In this document: positions 1 to 10,307 of the stretch, piece by piece
How positions within the stretch are numbered: the first letter of the stretch is position 1
How the letters are laid out: each line of letters opens with the position of its first letter
DNA from: Candidatus Hodarchaeota archaeon
Lineage (GTDB): Archaea > Asgardarchaeota > Wukongarchaeia > Wukongarchaeales > Wukongarchaeaceae
DNA length: 29,482 nt
Assembly: GCA_048886645.1 (NCBI GenBank)
Contig: JBHLKN010000001.1
Coordinates: 30,732 to 60,213 of the forward strand
Direction of reading: 5' to 3'
Notes under the pieces: generated by a model
Told to the model about the DNA's origin: nothing
Databases searched by the model: none
Seen by the model: the letters and a program-made list of their open reading frames with translations, nothing else
Position numbers and translations under genes: made by a program

Positions 1-1
1 C

Positions 2-787
2 CTTCCCGAGGAAAACAGGACAACGATCCTTAACCAATATGTAAGCGCAGATCACGATACAGCAAAATACACCGTAGTCCTTGCTTACGACCCCTACTCA
101 AAAGACGGAATAGACGCCATAGACAACCTAAGAAACAGCATTCAAGAAGTTAAACAAAATGAAAACGGCCTTGAAAACTTTGAAATCCTCGTTGGCGGTT
201 CCACCGCAGAAATGTCAGATTTCAGTACAAGAGTTTTTGAAGAGTTCGAAACCATGCAAATAATTCTCATAATCGCAATCCTACTAATCCTAGTCTTCTT
301 ATTGGGTAGCATAACACTCTCAGTAAAACAGATCGTAACCATCCTTCTAAGCGTAGCCATAACAATAGGAATAGTAACCCTAGTGTTTCAAACCCTCCAA
401 AACCAACCAGTAATCTTCTTCCTCGAAATAATGATCTTCCTCATACTCATGGGTCTAGGAACAGATTACAACATTTTCCTACTTTCAAGAGTACGGGAAG
501 AATATGATCGAGGCCGAGAAGAATTAGAAGCCATGGTTTACGGCGTAGACAAAACAGGAATAGTAATAACATCCGCTGCAGCCATCATGGCAGCAGCCTT
601 CGGATCACTAATGTTCAGCAGTCTTTTAATGATGCAAGAATTCGGCTTCGCCCTCTTCGTAGCAGTAGTCATAGACGCAAGCTTTGTCCGCCTAATCCTA
701 GTGCCTGCCATCTATAGAATGCTCAAGGGATACAACTATTGGCCAAAAATCATCAGCGAAAAATTCAAATTTATAGCCCACGAATAA
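2..787 (+). CDS. MMPL/RND-superfamily membrane transporter, C-terminal part (5' end lies outside the window)
   Basis: The frame of ORF 212..787 stays open back to nt 2 (LPEENRTTILNQYVSADHDTAKYTVVLAYDP...). The C-terminus is multi-TM and contains GLGTDYNIFLLSRVREE, typical of MMPL/RND exporters. Stop is TAA at 785-787. Confidence 0.75.
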   Translation, partial: LPEENRTTILNQYVSADHDTAKYTVVLAYDPYSKDGIDAIDNLRNSIQEVKQNENGLENFEILVGGSTAEMSDFSTRVFEEFETMQIILIIAILLILVFLLGSITLSVKQIVTILLSVAITIGIVTLVFQTLQNQPVIFFLEIMIFLILMGLGTDYNIFLLSRVREEYDRGREELEAMVYGVDKTGIVITSAAAIMAAAFGSLMFSSLLMMQEFGFALFVAVVIDASFVRLILVPAIYRMLKGYNYWPKIISEKFKFIAHE

Positions 788-848
788 ACCAAAAACTACC
801 CTCCCTAATTTTTTATATATCTATTAAACATCCCCCTATGGAGGAACA

Positions 849-1742
849 TCATAAAAATTCGCCCCTGGCAACCATTACAACCCTTCCCCCCACAAACACG
901 AGAATTTTACCTTCACTCTCTTCTGCTCTCAAAAGAAGCAGCGAAGGTCTTCCAATCTCATACCCTTGTTCAACTTTAATATCGATATGGGCTTCTCCAA
1001 AATACTGGTGATGCGCTAAATAACCCGCCAAACAGCCATTTCCACTACCTGTTGCCGGATCTTCTGGGATACCATAATAGTCGACAAACACCCTGACATT
1101 CAAATCATGTTTTTCAGAATATGTTTCAGGGCCAAAGATGAGAATCGCTTTAGCTTCCCTATCCTTAATCAGTTCAAAATATTTATCTCTATTAGTTTTA
1201 CTCCGTTTAATAGCGTTCAAAGTCCTCAAAGGCACGATAATAAAAGGCAACCCCGTCGAAACTTCTTGCACTGGAAATCTAACATTGATATCATCCTTTT
1301 CCAAGCTCAATACTTCTGAAATTACACCAGGATCAATGGTATCGCCGAACGTCGGATTTATTTGCTTCATCCACAATACATCCGCTTGTTCACCAACATA
1401 GTTAAACATAACTGGAATTTGCCCCACTTTAAGATTCAACACGATTTTTTCGACGGGCGATCTTACGATCTCTCTTTGAATCACATAAGCTGTTCCTAGT
1501 GTCGGATGACCTGCAAAAGATACTTCTTTCTCAGGCGTGAAAATACGAACATCAAACCCCCCTTCCCTTTCTTCATCGGACAAAATAAAAGTAGTCTCCG
1601 AATAATTCATCTCTTTCGCAATTATCTGCATTTCGCGATCTGAAAGCCCTTCTGATTCTCTAAAAACTGCTAACTGGTTTCCTGCATATTTCTCTTCGGC
1701 GAATACATCTACAATATAAAATTGCCGTGTTCCCATTGTCAA
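849..1742 (-). CDS. PhzF-family (phenazine biosynthesis-like) isomerase
   Basis: 297 aa. Shows the family pattern FAEEKYAGNQLAVF ... EMNYSETTFIL ... RIFTPEKEVSFAGHPTLGTA ... DPATGSGNGCLAGYL. Confidence 0.85.
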   Translation of the reverse strand: MTMGTRQFYIVDVFAEEKYAGNQLAVFRESEGLSDREMQIIAKEMNYSETTFILSDEEREGGFDVRIFTPEKEVSFAGHPTLGTAYVIQREIVRSPVEKIVLNLKVGQIPVMFNYVGEQADVLWMKQINPTFGDTIDPGVISEVLSLEKDDINVRFPVQEVSTGLPFIIVPLRTLNAIKRSKTNRDKYFELIKDREAKAILIFGPETYSEKHDLNVRVFVDYYGIPEDPATGSGNGCLAGYLAHHQYFGEAHIDIKVEQGYEIGRPSLLLLRAEESEGKILVFVGGRVVMVARGEFL

Positions 1743-1826
1743 TCCTCATCCCTAAAATAGGTTTCAAAAATTACAATTTTAGATTATGATGAGCCTGTTA
1801 TGTTTATAAATTCATTTTTGTGTTGT

Positions 1827-2225
1827 TTACCGATAGCTTTTTTGAACCTTTGCTCTTGCGCTTCTTCCTCCCCACTTTTTAGGCTCTGTTCTTCGTGGAT
1901 CACCTGCTAGCATATAACGATCTTCATCTATAAATTTCCGTCGAAGTTCTTCGCTTTCTGTAAATTTAACAATTCCTGTAGCAATCGCCATCCTTGCAGC
2001 TTCAGCTTGGCTTACCCACCCTCCTCCTTTTATTTTAACAGTGATATCCAGATTCTTAACAAAGTCTGCCGCCAATCTCAATGGTCCCAATATTTTCCAA
2101 CGCGCTATTTCAGGCTCATAAATTTCTACAGGCATCTTATTTATTCTAACCCTCCCTTTTCCCTCTTTTATGACTGCCCTTGCAATAGATGTCTTACGCT
2201 TCATACTATTAACAACAATTTTCAT
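1827..2225 (-). CDS. rps9: 30S ribosomal protein S9 (uS9)
   Basis: MKIVVNSMKRKTSIARAVIKEGKGRVRINK ... KKWGGRSARAKVQKSYR. The ATG at 2225 is preceded by AGGAGAAACT. The track ORF extends to 2243, but the inner start fits the S9 N-terminus and the SD-like site. Confidence 0.93.
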   Translation of the reverse strand: MKIVVNSMKRKTSIARAVIKEGKGRVRINKMPVEIYEPEIARWKILGPLRLAADFVKNLDITVKIKGGGWVSQAEAARMAIATGIVKFTESEELRRKFIDEDRYMLAGDPRRTEPKKWGGRSARAKVQKSYR

Positions 2226-2259
2226 AGTTTCTCCTCTCATCAATTCATCTTTAATAAAA

Positions 2260-2733
2260 TCAACCTCTAATCAACTTACTTGGGCCCTTCCATCCCAACT
2301 CTTCAGCTATCCTTTTTATACTCATTTTTTTACATTTGAGCTTTGTTGCTTCTGCCTCAGAAATCTTTTCAAAAACATCTTCCTTATCCACATATTCGTC
2401 TGGAATGCCTATGTAAACCCTTAATCTTTTATAAGCTTCTCTCCCCCTCATCTTATGTCTTGGAAGCATACCCCGTATCGTTCTTTTAACAAAACGATCC
2501 GGTTGTTTTGGCCAAAAAGGCCCCCTCCTAGGATTTGTTAACGTACGTTTTTGATGTTTCTCTTTATAAATCTCTATAACTTTTGCAGGATCTCCTGACA
2601 CTACAACTTTTTCAGCATTAACTATCACGATTCTTTCGCCACATAACAACCTTTTCGCCACGTTACTTGCCAACCGTCCTAAAACCGTATTTTCGCCATT
2701 AATTATCGTTACTTCTTCCACAGTTTCTTCCAT
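2260..2733 (-). CDS. rpl13: 50S ribosomal protein L13 (uL13)
   Basis: 157 aa. Contains LGRLASNVAKRLLCGERIVIVNAEKVVVSG ... GMLPRHKMRGREAYKRLRVY. Position is conserved between L18e and S9. Confidence 0.93.
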   Translation of the reverse strand: MEETVEEVTIINGENTVLGRLASNVAKRLLCGERIVIVNAEKVVVSGDPAKVIEIYKEKHQKRTLTNPRRGPFWPKQPDRFVKRTIRGMLPRHKMRGREAYKRLRVYIGIPDEYVDKEDVFEKISEAEATKLKCKKMSIKRIAEELGWKGPSKLIRG

Positions 2734-2755
2734 CTTTTCATCCTTCCATCATCAA

Positions 2756-3118
2756 TTAAACCATGATTTTGATACCTTTTCCCTCGGGGTTTATCTTTAA
2801 TAATTCCTCGATAGTCATGCATTCCCCGCCAACAGCTCTAATTTTCTCAACAGCTCTCTCAGAAAATGATAACGCTGCAACTCTCACTTTACAATTTATA
2901 TCCCCCGAAGAAAGCACCTTACCGGGCACCACCACCAAATCTCCGTCCTTGCAATGCCTGTTTACCTTAGATAAATTAACCTCAGACCTCCGTCTTCTAG
3001 GCTTTGATAAACAACGATATAACGCCTTCCAAACTTTCCCATCATCGCGAACATGCCTTCTAAGTTCCGAAAGCAACGCAATAACCGTAGGATCAGTCGG
3101 ACCCATCGATTTCGTCAT
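2756..3118 (-). CDS. rpl18e: 50S ribosomal protein L18e (eL18)
   Basis: 120 aa. Contains PTDPTVIALLSELRR ... RRRRSEVNLSKVNRH ... VVVPGKVLSSGDI ... VAALSFSERAVEKIRAVGGEC. Gene order is archaeal rpoD-L18e-L13-S9. Confidence 0.9.
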   Translation of the reverse strand: MTKSMGPTDPTVIALLSELRRHVRDDGKVWKALYRCLSKPRRRRSEVNLSKVNRHCKDGDLVVVPGKVLSSGDINCKVRVAALSFSERAVEKIRAVGGECMTIEELLKINPEGKGIKIMV

Positions 3119-3352
3119 ATTTACCCCTCTAAGAAATCCTTAAGTGTCCATCTTAGACCTCAAAAAGGCAATCTCAAGCATAACTAATACTCAATGAATA
3201 TCTCAAAATTTTACTTTGTTTTATTTAATCGTTTCCATTTTATAAATTTAAACACGATTTTGAAAGTAAGCATATTAAGCGAAATAGGTCAAATACTTAA
3301 AAGTTTCGCAAAGAAATGAAAAATAAGCAAAAAAATCAGAACATTAAAAATT

Positions 3353-4159
3353 TTATGCACTCATTGTTCCTATCTGTTCTTCAAGCTCTTGAGATTTTTT
3401 AATAAATATTTGAGCTGCTTGTCTTACAATACTTTCTGGAGGTATATTGCCTAACCCTTCTACTGTAAAAATAAACTTCGTATCATCTTCCTTAATCTTT
3501 ATAGCATCAAAATCACAAGCTTCGACACACGCATCGCATAGCGTGCATTCCAGAGGATCAAAACAAACTATTTCATCCCCTTCACGCTTAAGAATCTGTT
3601 TCGGACAAGCTTCAATGCATTCTTCACAAAGTGTGCATTTTTCAGAATCAAAATCAAACTCCATACAATATTTATAAGCGGAAACGGTTACAGATTGCCA
3701 TTTTGCGTGTTGTTTTCCAGTGCCCATCTTCGCAAAGGCTTCAAGCTCAATTTTCTGTCTAGGGACAAGCTTTACTATGACTATATCAGGAGAAACAGGC
3801 ACTACTTCAGGATCAGAACTCTCAAGATCCCCAGAATAAACTACTGTAATACCTTCTCCTGCCTCCTTTTTCAAAGTAAAAGTCACGTTACATTTTGGAC
3901 ATCCTACCCCCTGGCACTCACACTCCTCACTAAATCCGTACTTTCCTTCAGGCGTAGTTAACGGTATCAAACCCAGCCTATGGGCGAGTACCTCGTCAAA
4001 AAGAGACGAATTATTCTCCACAATAACAACTTCATCTATCGCCATCACAGGTACTTCTGCTATAATAGTCCTACGCAAACTGTTAATAAAAGCAGGAGAA
4101 ACACCTTCTATAATAAACCTTATAAAATTGCCATCCCGCTCAATAATCTCTACATCCAT
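3353..4159 (-). CDS. rpoD: DNA-directed RNA polymerase subunit D (Rpo3) with a ferredoxin-like 4Fe-4S insertion
   Basis: 268 aa. Contains FIIEGVSPAFINSLRRTIIAEVPVMAIDEV and two Cys clusters, CTLCEECIEACP and CTLCDACVEAC. Lies upstream of L18e as in other archaea. Confidence 0.9.
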   Translation of the reverse strand: MDVEIIERDGNFIRFIIEGVSPAFINSLRRTIIAEVPVMAIDEVVIVENNSSLFDEVLAHRLGLIPLTTPEGKYGFSEECECQGVGCPKCNVTFTLKKEAGEGITVVYSGDLESSDPEVVPVSPDIVIVKLVPRQKIELEAFAKMGTGKQHAKWQSVTVSAYKYCMEFDFDSEKCTLCEECIEACPKQILKREGDEIVCFDPLECTLCDACVEACDFDAIKIKEDDTKFIFTVEGLGNIPPESIVRQAAQIFIKKSQELEEQIGTMSA

Positions 4160-4321
4160 CCTCTAACACACAACCCTTCAGAAGAACAAAACTATCAAAA
4201 AAATAATACGAAAGCATAATAAGGATAGTTTGATCATTTATCAACATATCTATTTATCAACATATCTCCACATTCTAAAACTAGGATAAAAAAATAAAAG
4301 TAGATTTTGAGGGTTTAAACG

Positions 4322-6535
4322 TTGTCTAATCACTTTTTCAAAGAATCTGATAAAAACTTCACCCTAGATAAACTACCAGGCGTCGGCTCCAAGCTTGCTA
4401 AAAAAATTGTATCTTTCTACGGGTCTTTAGAAACAACAATGGAAGCAATCCTTAATGGAGATGTAGCAGGTCTATCCTCCATAGAAGGCATCAGTCAAAA
4501 AACAGCCATAAACATCGTAAAAACAGCCTTTGCTTCAATAGAAAACATCAGTGTAGAAGGAATATTGAAAACAGAAAATGCGATAAAAATTCATAATCGT
4601 ATACTAAAAATAATCTTTCCCTTCTGCAGTACTGATTACGCTAAAAACAAACTATTTCTCTACTATCCCCTCCCCCCAAACTTCCTTGAAAAAATACAAC
4701 AAAGATTTGAAAAGCTAAAGATAGCGAAAAAATTAGTAGAAGATCTTAAAGAAGAAGATTTAGAAAAAATTAAAAAAATACTGTCAAAAATTTCCCCCCT
4801 ATACATAACTCGCAAGAAAAAAAGAGTAGAAGACCGAGTAGTTATAACAGAAAAAGAAGAAATCTATAAAAAATTCATAAATAAGAACTGTTCAGATTTT
4901 TGCCCAATCTACCTAATCGAAAACATGGATGAAGCAATAGATTATGCAAAATCTTTTAGCCTAGCCTTATTGGTAAGCGGCTCCCTTTATATGGACCATT
5001 CCCTCGAAAATATTCCAAACCTCGAAATACTATCTCCCTCGACAGATATAATCGACATTTTTCCCGAACTTGTCCTAAGTTTTTACACTCAAAAATATGA
5101 AACCATTAACGCTGTTTGTAACCTAAACGCTCTTTTAAAAGAGTTAAACATAATACCCATAGTCGAAAACCTTGTGGGCTCCATTAATTCAGAAGCATTG
5201 GAAATTGTTGCAGAAGGAATATCCCAACTTACACCGGAAGGAGATATAGTCGAAAAAATAGACCCTGAAATAGACAGATATCGAACAGCTTTAGAAAACC
5301 TCGACGGAATCATTTCAGATGTAGAAGTTTGGGCAAACGAAGAAATTTCAAGAAAAATCGGTGAAAGCTCTATAACCCTAAAAGGGGAGCAAATACTTAC
5401 ACTCTTAAAAGAAGCCGACGAAATGGGTAGTCTACGAGGAATCGTAGAAGAAGATATCGTTGAAATCATTGAAGAAGCCGTTACAAAAGCAGAAGACAAA
5501 ATAGCAGAACAACTAGACCTAACCCCTTCAGAACTAGAAATTATTGAAGGAATCTTTTCCCGTGAAACAGTCTACCCCCTACAAGTAAACAACATACGCT
5601 TAAGAGAACTAGAAGACACCCTCAGAAGAAACTACACAACCAAAAAATACTGGTTACTCAAAAAAATAGCAAACCAACTAAAAGAATTAGAAGAAAAGAC
5701 AAGAGAAGCTGTAAAAGCCTTACTCGAATTCGACGTACACCTCGCAATATCCCTCTTTGCAAAAGAATACAATCTAAGCCCCCCCGAAAACCTCTACACG
5801 GACACTTATGGAATATCCTTCAAAAACGGATACAACCTCTTCTTAAAAGAAGCAGAACTAGAAAACGGAAACCCCGTAATCCCCATAAGATATACGGTGG
5901 GAAACATACCAAAAGACCAAGAAGCAGAAGTAGGGGACGAACGCGTTATCATCCTAAGCGGAGCTAATTCGGGGGGGAAAACCACATGCATAACCCTTCT
6001 AGCCCAATTAATAATAATGGCGCAATCAGGACTACCAATACCCGCTGAAAACGCTAAAATAGGGCTTTTCGACGAACTATACTACTTCGCAAAAACTACA
6101 GGATCAATGGACGCAGGGGCCCTTGAATCAACACTAAAAACCTTCGCCAAAGTCATCGTAGAAGGAGAAGGATCAAAACTAATCCTTGTAGACGAACTAG
6201 AAGCAATAAGCGAACCTGGAGCCTCAGCCAAAGTAATAGCAGCAATACTCGATTTACTTCACGAGAAAGAAAACTCCTGTGGCGTTTTCGTAAGCCACCT
6301 AGCAGAGGATATCCTAAAATTTACTCAAAGCAAAATACGCGTTGACGGTATTGAAGCAACAGGACTCGACGGAAACCTAAACCTCATAGTAGACAGAACA
6401 CCAAAATTCAACTATCTCGCCAAATCCACGCCAGAACTCATTGTAGAACGCTTAGCCCGCCTCTACAAAGAGGTCCAAGACCATGAAGTATACAATAAAA
6501 TCCTTGAACGCTTCAAAGAAAAAGAAACCCCCTAA
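4322..6535 (+). CDS. Archaeal MutS-like ATPase (MutS domain V) with an N-terminal tandem helix-hairpin-helix domain
   Basis: 737 aa. HhH motifs are LPGVGSKLAKKIV and IEGISQKTAINIV. Walker A is GANSGGKTTCITLLAQ and Walker B is LILVDELEAISEPG. TTG start at 4322 with GAGGG about 10 nt upstream. Confidence 0.8.
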   Translation: MSNHFFKESDKNFTLDKLPGVGSKLAKKIVSFYGSLETTMEAILNGDVAGLSSIEGISQKTAINIVKTAFASIENISVEGILKTENAIKIHNRILKIIFPFCSTDYAKNKLFLYYPLPPNFLEKIQQRFEKLKIAKKLVEDLKEEDLEKIKKILSKISPLYITRKKKRVEDRVVITEKEEIYKKFINKNCSDFCPIYLIENMDEAIDYAKSFSLALLVSGSLYMDHSLENIPNLEILSPSTDIIDIFPELVLSFYTQKYETINAVCNLNALLKELNIIPIVENLVGSINSEALEIVAEGISQLTPEGDIVEKIDPEIDRYRTALENLDGIISDVEVWANEEISRKIGESSITLKGEQILTLLKEADEMGSLRGIVEEDIVEIIEEAVTKAEDKIAEQLDLTPSELEIIEGIFSRETVYPLQVNNIRLRELEDTLRRNYTTKKYWLLKKIANQLKELEEKTREAVKALLEFDVHLAISLFAKEYNLSPPENLYTDTYGISFKNGYNLFLKEAELENGNPVIPIRYTVGNIPKDQEAEVGDERVIILSGANSGGKTTCITLLAQLIIMAQSGLPIPAENAKIGLFDELYYFAKTTGSMDAGALESTLKTFAKVIVEGEGSKLILVDELEAISEPGASAKVIAAILDLLHEKENSCGVFVSHLAEDILKFTQSKIRVDGIEATGLDGNLNLIVDRTPKFNYLAKSTPELIVERLARLYKEVQDHEVYNKILERFKEKETP

Positions 6536-6566
6536 AAAACCAATCAAAGCCGAGGGAAAACAAAAT

Positions 6567-7382
6567 ATGCCCTCAATCATAACCTTGCTAACCGATTTCG
6601 GACTAAAAGACACTTATGTAGCCCAAATGAAAGGCGTAATCCTCTCCATATCCCCTGAAACAAAAATAGTAGATATAACCCACCAAATACCCCCCCAAAA
6701 CATACTACAAGCAGCCTACCTACTAAGCACAGCAACAAAACATTTCCCAAAAAAAACCATCCACATCGTGGTGGTAGATCCAGGAGTAGGAAGTGAAAGA
6801 AAAGCAATTGTAATACAAACAAAAAGATCTTTTCTAGTAGGACCAGACAACGGCGTTTTAATCCTAGCAGCAGAAGAAGAAGGCATAACAAAAATAGTAC
6901 AAATAACCAACAAAAAATACATGCTTAATAAAATTTCACAAACATTTCATGGCAGAGATGTCTTTGCTCCTGCAGCAGCTTTCCTCTCCAAGGGTATACA
7001 GTTAAGCGATTTAGGACCAGAACTAAACAGGCAAAACATCATATATCTCCCCATCGAAAAAGCGAAAATTATTGGGAAGAAAATAGTAGGCCAAATAATA
7101 CACATTGACCGATTTGGAAACGCCGTAACAAACATTACAAAAACAATCACGGAAAAATTCGGGATAAAATATGGAGATGACATAAGAATAAAAATTAATA
7201 AAAAACCAAAAATAGAAAAAAGAATCAGTTTCAGACCTACCTTTTCACATGTAAAAAAAGGCGAAATAATCGCCCTGATAAACAGCGATGACAAACTTGA
7301 ACTATCTGTGAACCAAGGAAGCGCCGAAAAAATATTACACCTTAAAGTAAAAATGTTCTTAGAAATAGAACTGAACAAATAA
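6567..7382 (+). CDS. SAM hydrolase / SAM-dependent halogenase family protein (DUF62, S-adenosyl-L-methionine hydroxide adenosyltransferase-like)
   Basis: Contains ITLLTDFGLKDTYVAQMKGVI, VVDPGVGSERKAIV, GPDNGVL, FHGRDVFAPAAA and IDRFGNAVTNI. The ATG at 6567 is preferred over the track start at 6483, which would add a Lys/Pro-rich extension overlapping the MutS-like gene end. Confidence 0.85.
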   Translation: MPSIITLLTDFGLKDTYVAQMKGVILSISPETKIVDITHQIPPQNILQAAYLLSTATKHFPKKTIHIVVVDPGVGSERKAIVIQTKRSFLVGPDNGVLILAAEEEGITKIVQITNKKYMLNKISQTFHGRDVFAPAAAFLSKGIQLSDLGPELNRQNIIYLPIEKAKIIGKKIVGQIIHIDRFGNAVTNITKTITEKFGIKYGDDIRIKINKKPKIEKRISFRPTFSHVKKGEIIALINSDDKLELSVNQGSAEKILHLKVKMFLEIELNK

Positions 7383-7752
7383 AAACAATAAAAAAGAAGT
7401 AAGATTAAATAAAAGAGTTTGCACAGAGGAGGAGCGTAAACAACCTTCCAACATTAATAACAAAAGTTTACTGGCCTATGAATTTTAACAGTGGAATTTT
7501 TTTATTTCGCTGTATACGCTCGCTTTCTCAGCACAACCTTTCTAATATGTTTATTCTCCTGATTAGGGCCTACTGGCGCTTCTCTCTTCAGGAACACCTT
7601 AGGTGTAAGAATTTTCCTCTGTGCATAAAGACACGCGTGAAGGCGTTATAAAAACTTTTTTTAAACCTATTCTGTTAAATAGTCTGCATTAAAAAAACTG
7701 TTTTTTACAAAAAATTGCACAAAAAATTAAACCTCTCTCTATTGTGCTGCTT

Positions 7753-9405
7753 TTACAACATCGTGTTTTTTAAAAGCTTATCTACCGATTCTAAAAATTT
7801 TCTATTCTCTTCCAATGTTTTAGGATCCATACTTTTTCCTAATTTCTCTAAAACAATTTCTAATGCAGAACAACTTCTTACAAGATATGTAAAAGCTTCA
7901 TTAGAACTAGGATCTTTTTTAAAACCTTCCACAGCTGTTTCTACAAGTTTCCTTACCTCAGGTAAAACGATTTCCCCTATCTCTAAATTATACTCTAAAG
8001 CTTTTTCCAACGCAAAAACCACATGTTTTTGAACTTCCGGATCATCCTCTCCCAAAAAATTAATCATCAAAGGTAACGCTTTTTCACTCACCTGCGGGTT
8101 ATTATATATCAAAGTTTTAAGGATAAACGCCAACTTTTCTTTTATTTCCCAATGTTCCCATTTCCGGAAAGAAAAAAGAACATCTTCCACGATCAATTCT
8201 TCAAGCATCAACACTATCTGTATCGCTATATCCTGACTATGCCGTGCCCCCTGCTCAACAACCTTATATAACGTTTCAAAAGCACTTTTTCTAACCTCAA
8301 AATCCATATCTCTCAACAAACATTTCAAAATCTCTACCGCTTCCTTTAAAGCCATAAAATCTACGCTTACCATATCCACCAAAGAATCCGCTATTGCAAC
8401 ACGTATCTCCCTATCTCCACTTTTCAAAAAATCCTTCAGAAGTCTTAAAACCCCCCCTACAAACTCCGGAAAATTTTTAACCAAAATAGAAAGAGCAACC
8501 ACCGTTTCTTTACAAAACCTTTCTTTATCCCTCGCTAACTCCTGCATCCACAAAAAAACATCCTTCAAAACATCTTCTGAAACATTGGATATAATCTCAA
8601 TCAAACAAGAATAAGCCTTCAATCTAACATGCGCTTTTTCACTCTCAATCATCCTCCTAATAATCGGAAACAAAACAGCAATCCGATTAGGCAAACTATT
8701 TACCAATTCATTCATTATATAACAAGCATAATCTACTACAACTTCATTATCGTCAAAAACAATCTCCTTCAAAATTGAGATGGTTTCTTCTTCAAAAAAT
8801 TCCGCATTAGTCTCAACAAAAACATCTAAAGCATCCATAGCCCTCATACGCATCTCCCTATCCCCCAAAGAAAGATACCTTAACTCAGGCAATAACTTAC
8901 AAGGCAACTCCAAGTTAATCCTCGCTACTTTACGAAGAGTATTTACCGCAGCCTCCCCAACCTTAGGATCCTTATCCAAAAAAAGCCGCCTCAAAACCCC
9001 CATAACCTCCCCACCTATACCCGGATATTTCTTCAAAGCCACACACAAAGATTCAGAAGCAGTATCATACACCATAAATTCCCTACTTCTCAACAAATTC
9101 TCAAGCGTCTTAAGACTCAAAAAAGCAGTTTCTTCACTTATCGTCACTATTTCCTCCAAAAGCCCCCTAGCACACAAAAGCTGATTCCAAACCTGCTTCT
9201 CAGCCTTATCTTTAAAAACTCCCCTGTTTGCAAAATTTCTCAATTTTTTACCATAACTTAAAATCAATTCCTCAAATACACTAAGCAGATTTAAAAGAAA
9301 AGTCGCTGACCCGCTTTCTTTTAATATTTTCACAGCGTCTTTCAAATCATCTAATTTTACCTCTTGCCTAACCTTCATATAAATACGCCTTTCCCTAACC
9401 CACAT
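7753..9405 (-). CDS. Large all-alpha HEAT/armadillo-like repeat protein, function unknown
   Basis: 550-aa uninterrupted ORF with repeated helical ~35-40 aa units carrying ...VR..A...L... patterns (DREMRMRAMDAL, DREIRVAIADSL, DFEVRKSAFETL, DPEVQKHVVFAL). An alternative start is the ATG at 9378. Confidence 0.6.
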   Translation of the reverse strand: MWVRERRIYMKVRQEVKLDDLKDAVKILKESGSATFLLNLLSVFEELILSYGKKLRNFANRGVFKDKAEKQVWNQLLCARGLLEEIVTISEETAFLSLKTLENLLRSREFMVYDTASESLCVALKKYPGIGGEVMGVLRRLFLDKDPKVGEAAVNTLRKVARINLELPCKLLPELRYLSLGDREMRMRAMDALDVFVETNAEFFEEETISILKEIVFDDNEVVVDYACYIMNELVNSLPNRIAVLFPIIRRMIESEKAHVRLKAYSCLIEIISNVSEDVLKDVFLWMQELARDKERFCKETVVALSILVKNFPEFVGGVLRLLKDFLKSGDREIRVAIADSLVDMVSVDFMALKEAVEILKCLLRDMDFEVRKSAFETLYKVVEQGARHSQDIAIQIVLMLEELIVEDVLFSFRKWEHWEIKEKLAFILKTLIYNNPQVSEKALPLMINFLGEDDPEVQKHVVFALEKALEYNLEIGEIVLPEVRKLVETAVEGFKKDPSSNEAFTYLVRSCSALEIVLEKLGKSMDPKTLEENRKFLESVDKLLKNTML

Positions 9406-9860
9406 CTATACAATAGCTTCAATAATCAATTCGCCTAATTATCTTTTAAAAACACTAATTAATGAATGTAACTGAAAAAACCCCTCTCTAGAAAAATCCA
9501 CGCCCAAATTCTAAAAACCAGAAAATATACATTTTTTTGTTAAAAAATAATCAAAAAACCCTTACAATTTACAAAATTATGAAAAAGTTTATAAACCCCC
9601 AAAACAAAAAAATACACAGCGACCTTAATTGTGTTTTTACCGTCTTTTTTTTCCTTTTTACTATCTCACAAAAAACAAACTCACCCCCCCTCCCACCCAT
9701 TATACCCAAACAACATCTAAAAAAACAATATCACCCCCCCTTATTTTCCCATTTTAACCCCATACACGTAAAACTGTACCGCTAAATCCCCAACTTACAC
9801 AACATTTTTAAAAAACAATACACAAAACCGAGTTACACAAAACGATTAAGGTGCCCCTAA

Positions 9861-10307
9861 ATGTTTGTAAGACGTTGGCTCAGTCCAAGCATGCTCAACG
9901 TAACACTCTTCATCACCACCATGATGCTCCTAACACAAATACCAACTACATATTACGCCCTCCACATCCTAGAACTAAACGCCCAAGAAAACTGGCCAGT
10001 CTACACCCTACTACCCCTCGGAACAGTCCTCATACTAACAATCTCCACAATAAACCTCTCCGAAATGCTAATACTAAAAATAAAAGGCTTCGTAGACGAA
10101 AAAGAAGCAATCCTAATAACCATAATGATAACCACCATATTCTTCTACATCGGATTCTTCCTCATCGGAACAGAAATACTACAAGAAATAAACTTCATAC
10201 AAGACCGAAGAAACGTATACAAACTAGGCATCTACTACCTAACAGGAGTAACACTCGCCCTAACAACAAACAACACCATATACTCACGCCTAGAAAAAAA
10301 ACACTAA
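9861..10307 (+). CDS. Small integral membrane protein (about 4 TM), unknown function
   Basis: 148 aa with four hydrophobic stretches separated by charged loops. AAGGTG lies 8 nt upstream of the ATG. Caveat: this stretch has few G or T, so stop codons are rare and a second frame (9851..10375) is also open. Confidence 0.5.
   Translation: MFVRRWLSPSMLNVTLFITTMMLLTQIPTTYYALHILELNAQENWPVYTLLPLGTVLILTISTINLSEMLILKIKGFVDEKEAILITIMITTIFFYIGFFLIGTEILQEINFIQDRRNVYKLGIYYLTGVTLALTTNNTIYSRLEKKH

Noticed and set aside
739-1401. Plus-strand ORFs 739..1011, 1107..1319 and 1138..1401
   Set aside because: They are antisense to the well-supported PhzF-family gene. Their compositions are not protein-like.
1743-1826. 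No rpoN/rpoK-type small gene after rps9, and a 234-bp spacer between rpoD and rpl18e (3119-3352)
   Set aside because: Gene order downstream of S9 varies among archaea. Both spacers are plain AT-rich sequence with no recognisable ORF or RNA structure.
3447-4219. Plus-strand ORFs 3447..3677, 3695..3961 and 3980..4219
   Set aside because: They are antisense shadows of rpoD.
6483-6566. N-terminal extension of the DUF62 ORF (MKYTIKSLNASKKKKPPKKPIKAEGKQN)
   Set aside because: It overlaps the end of the MutS-like gene and is Lys/Pro-rich. The conserved family N-terminus (ITLLTDFG) begins right after the ATG at 6567.
7590-7626. Minus-strand GAGGAAAATTC, which resembles the RNase P CR-I motif GAGGAAAGUCC
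   Set aside because: Two mismatches fall in the most conserved positions, the GAGG is part of the terminal 9-bp helix, and no CR-IV/CR-V counterparts were seen.
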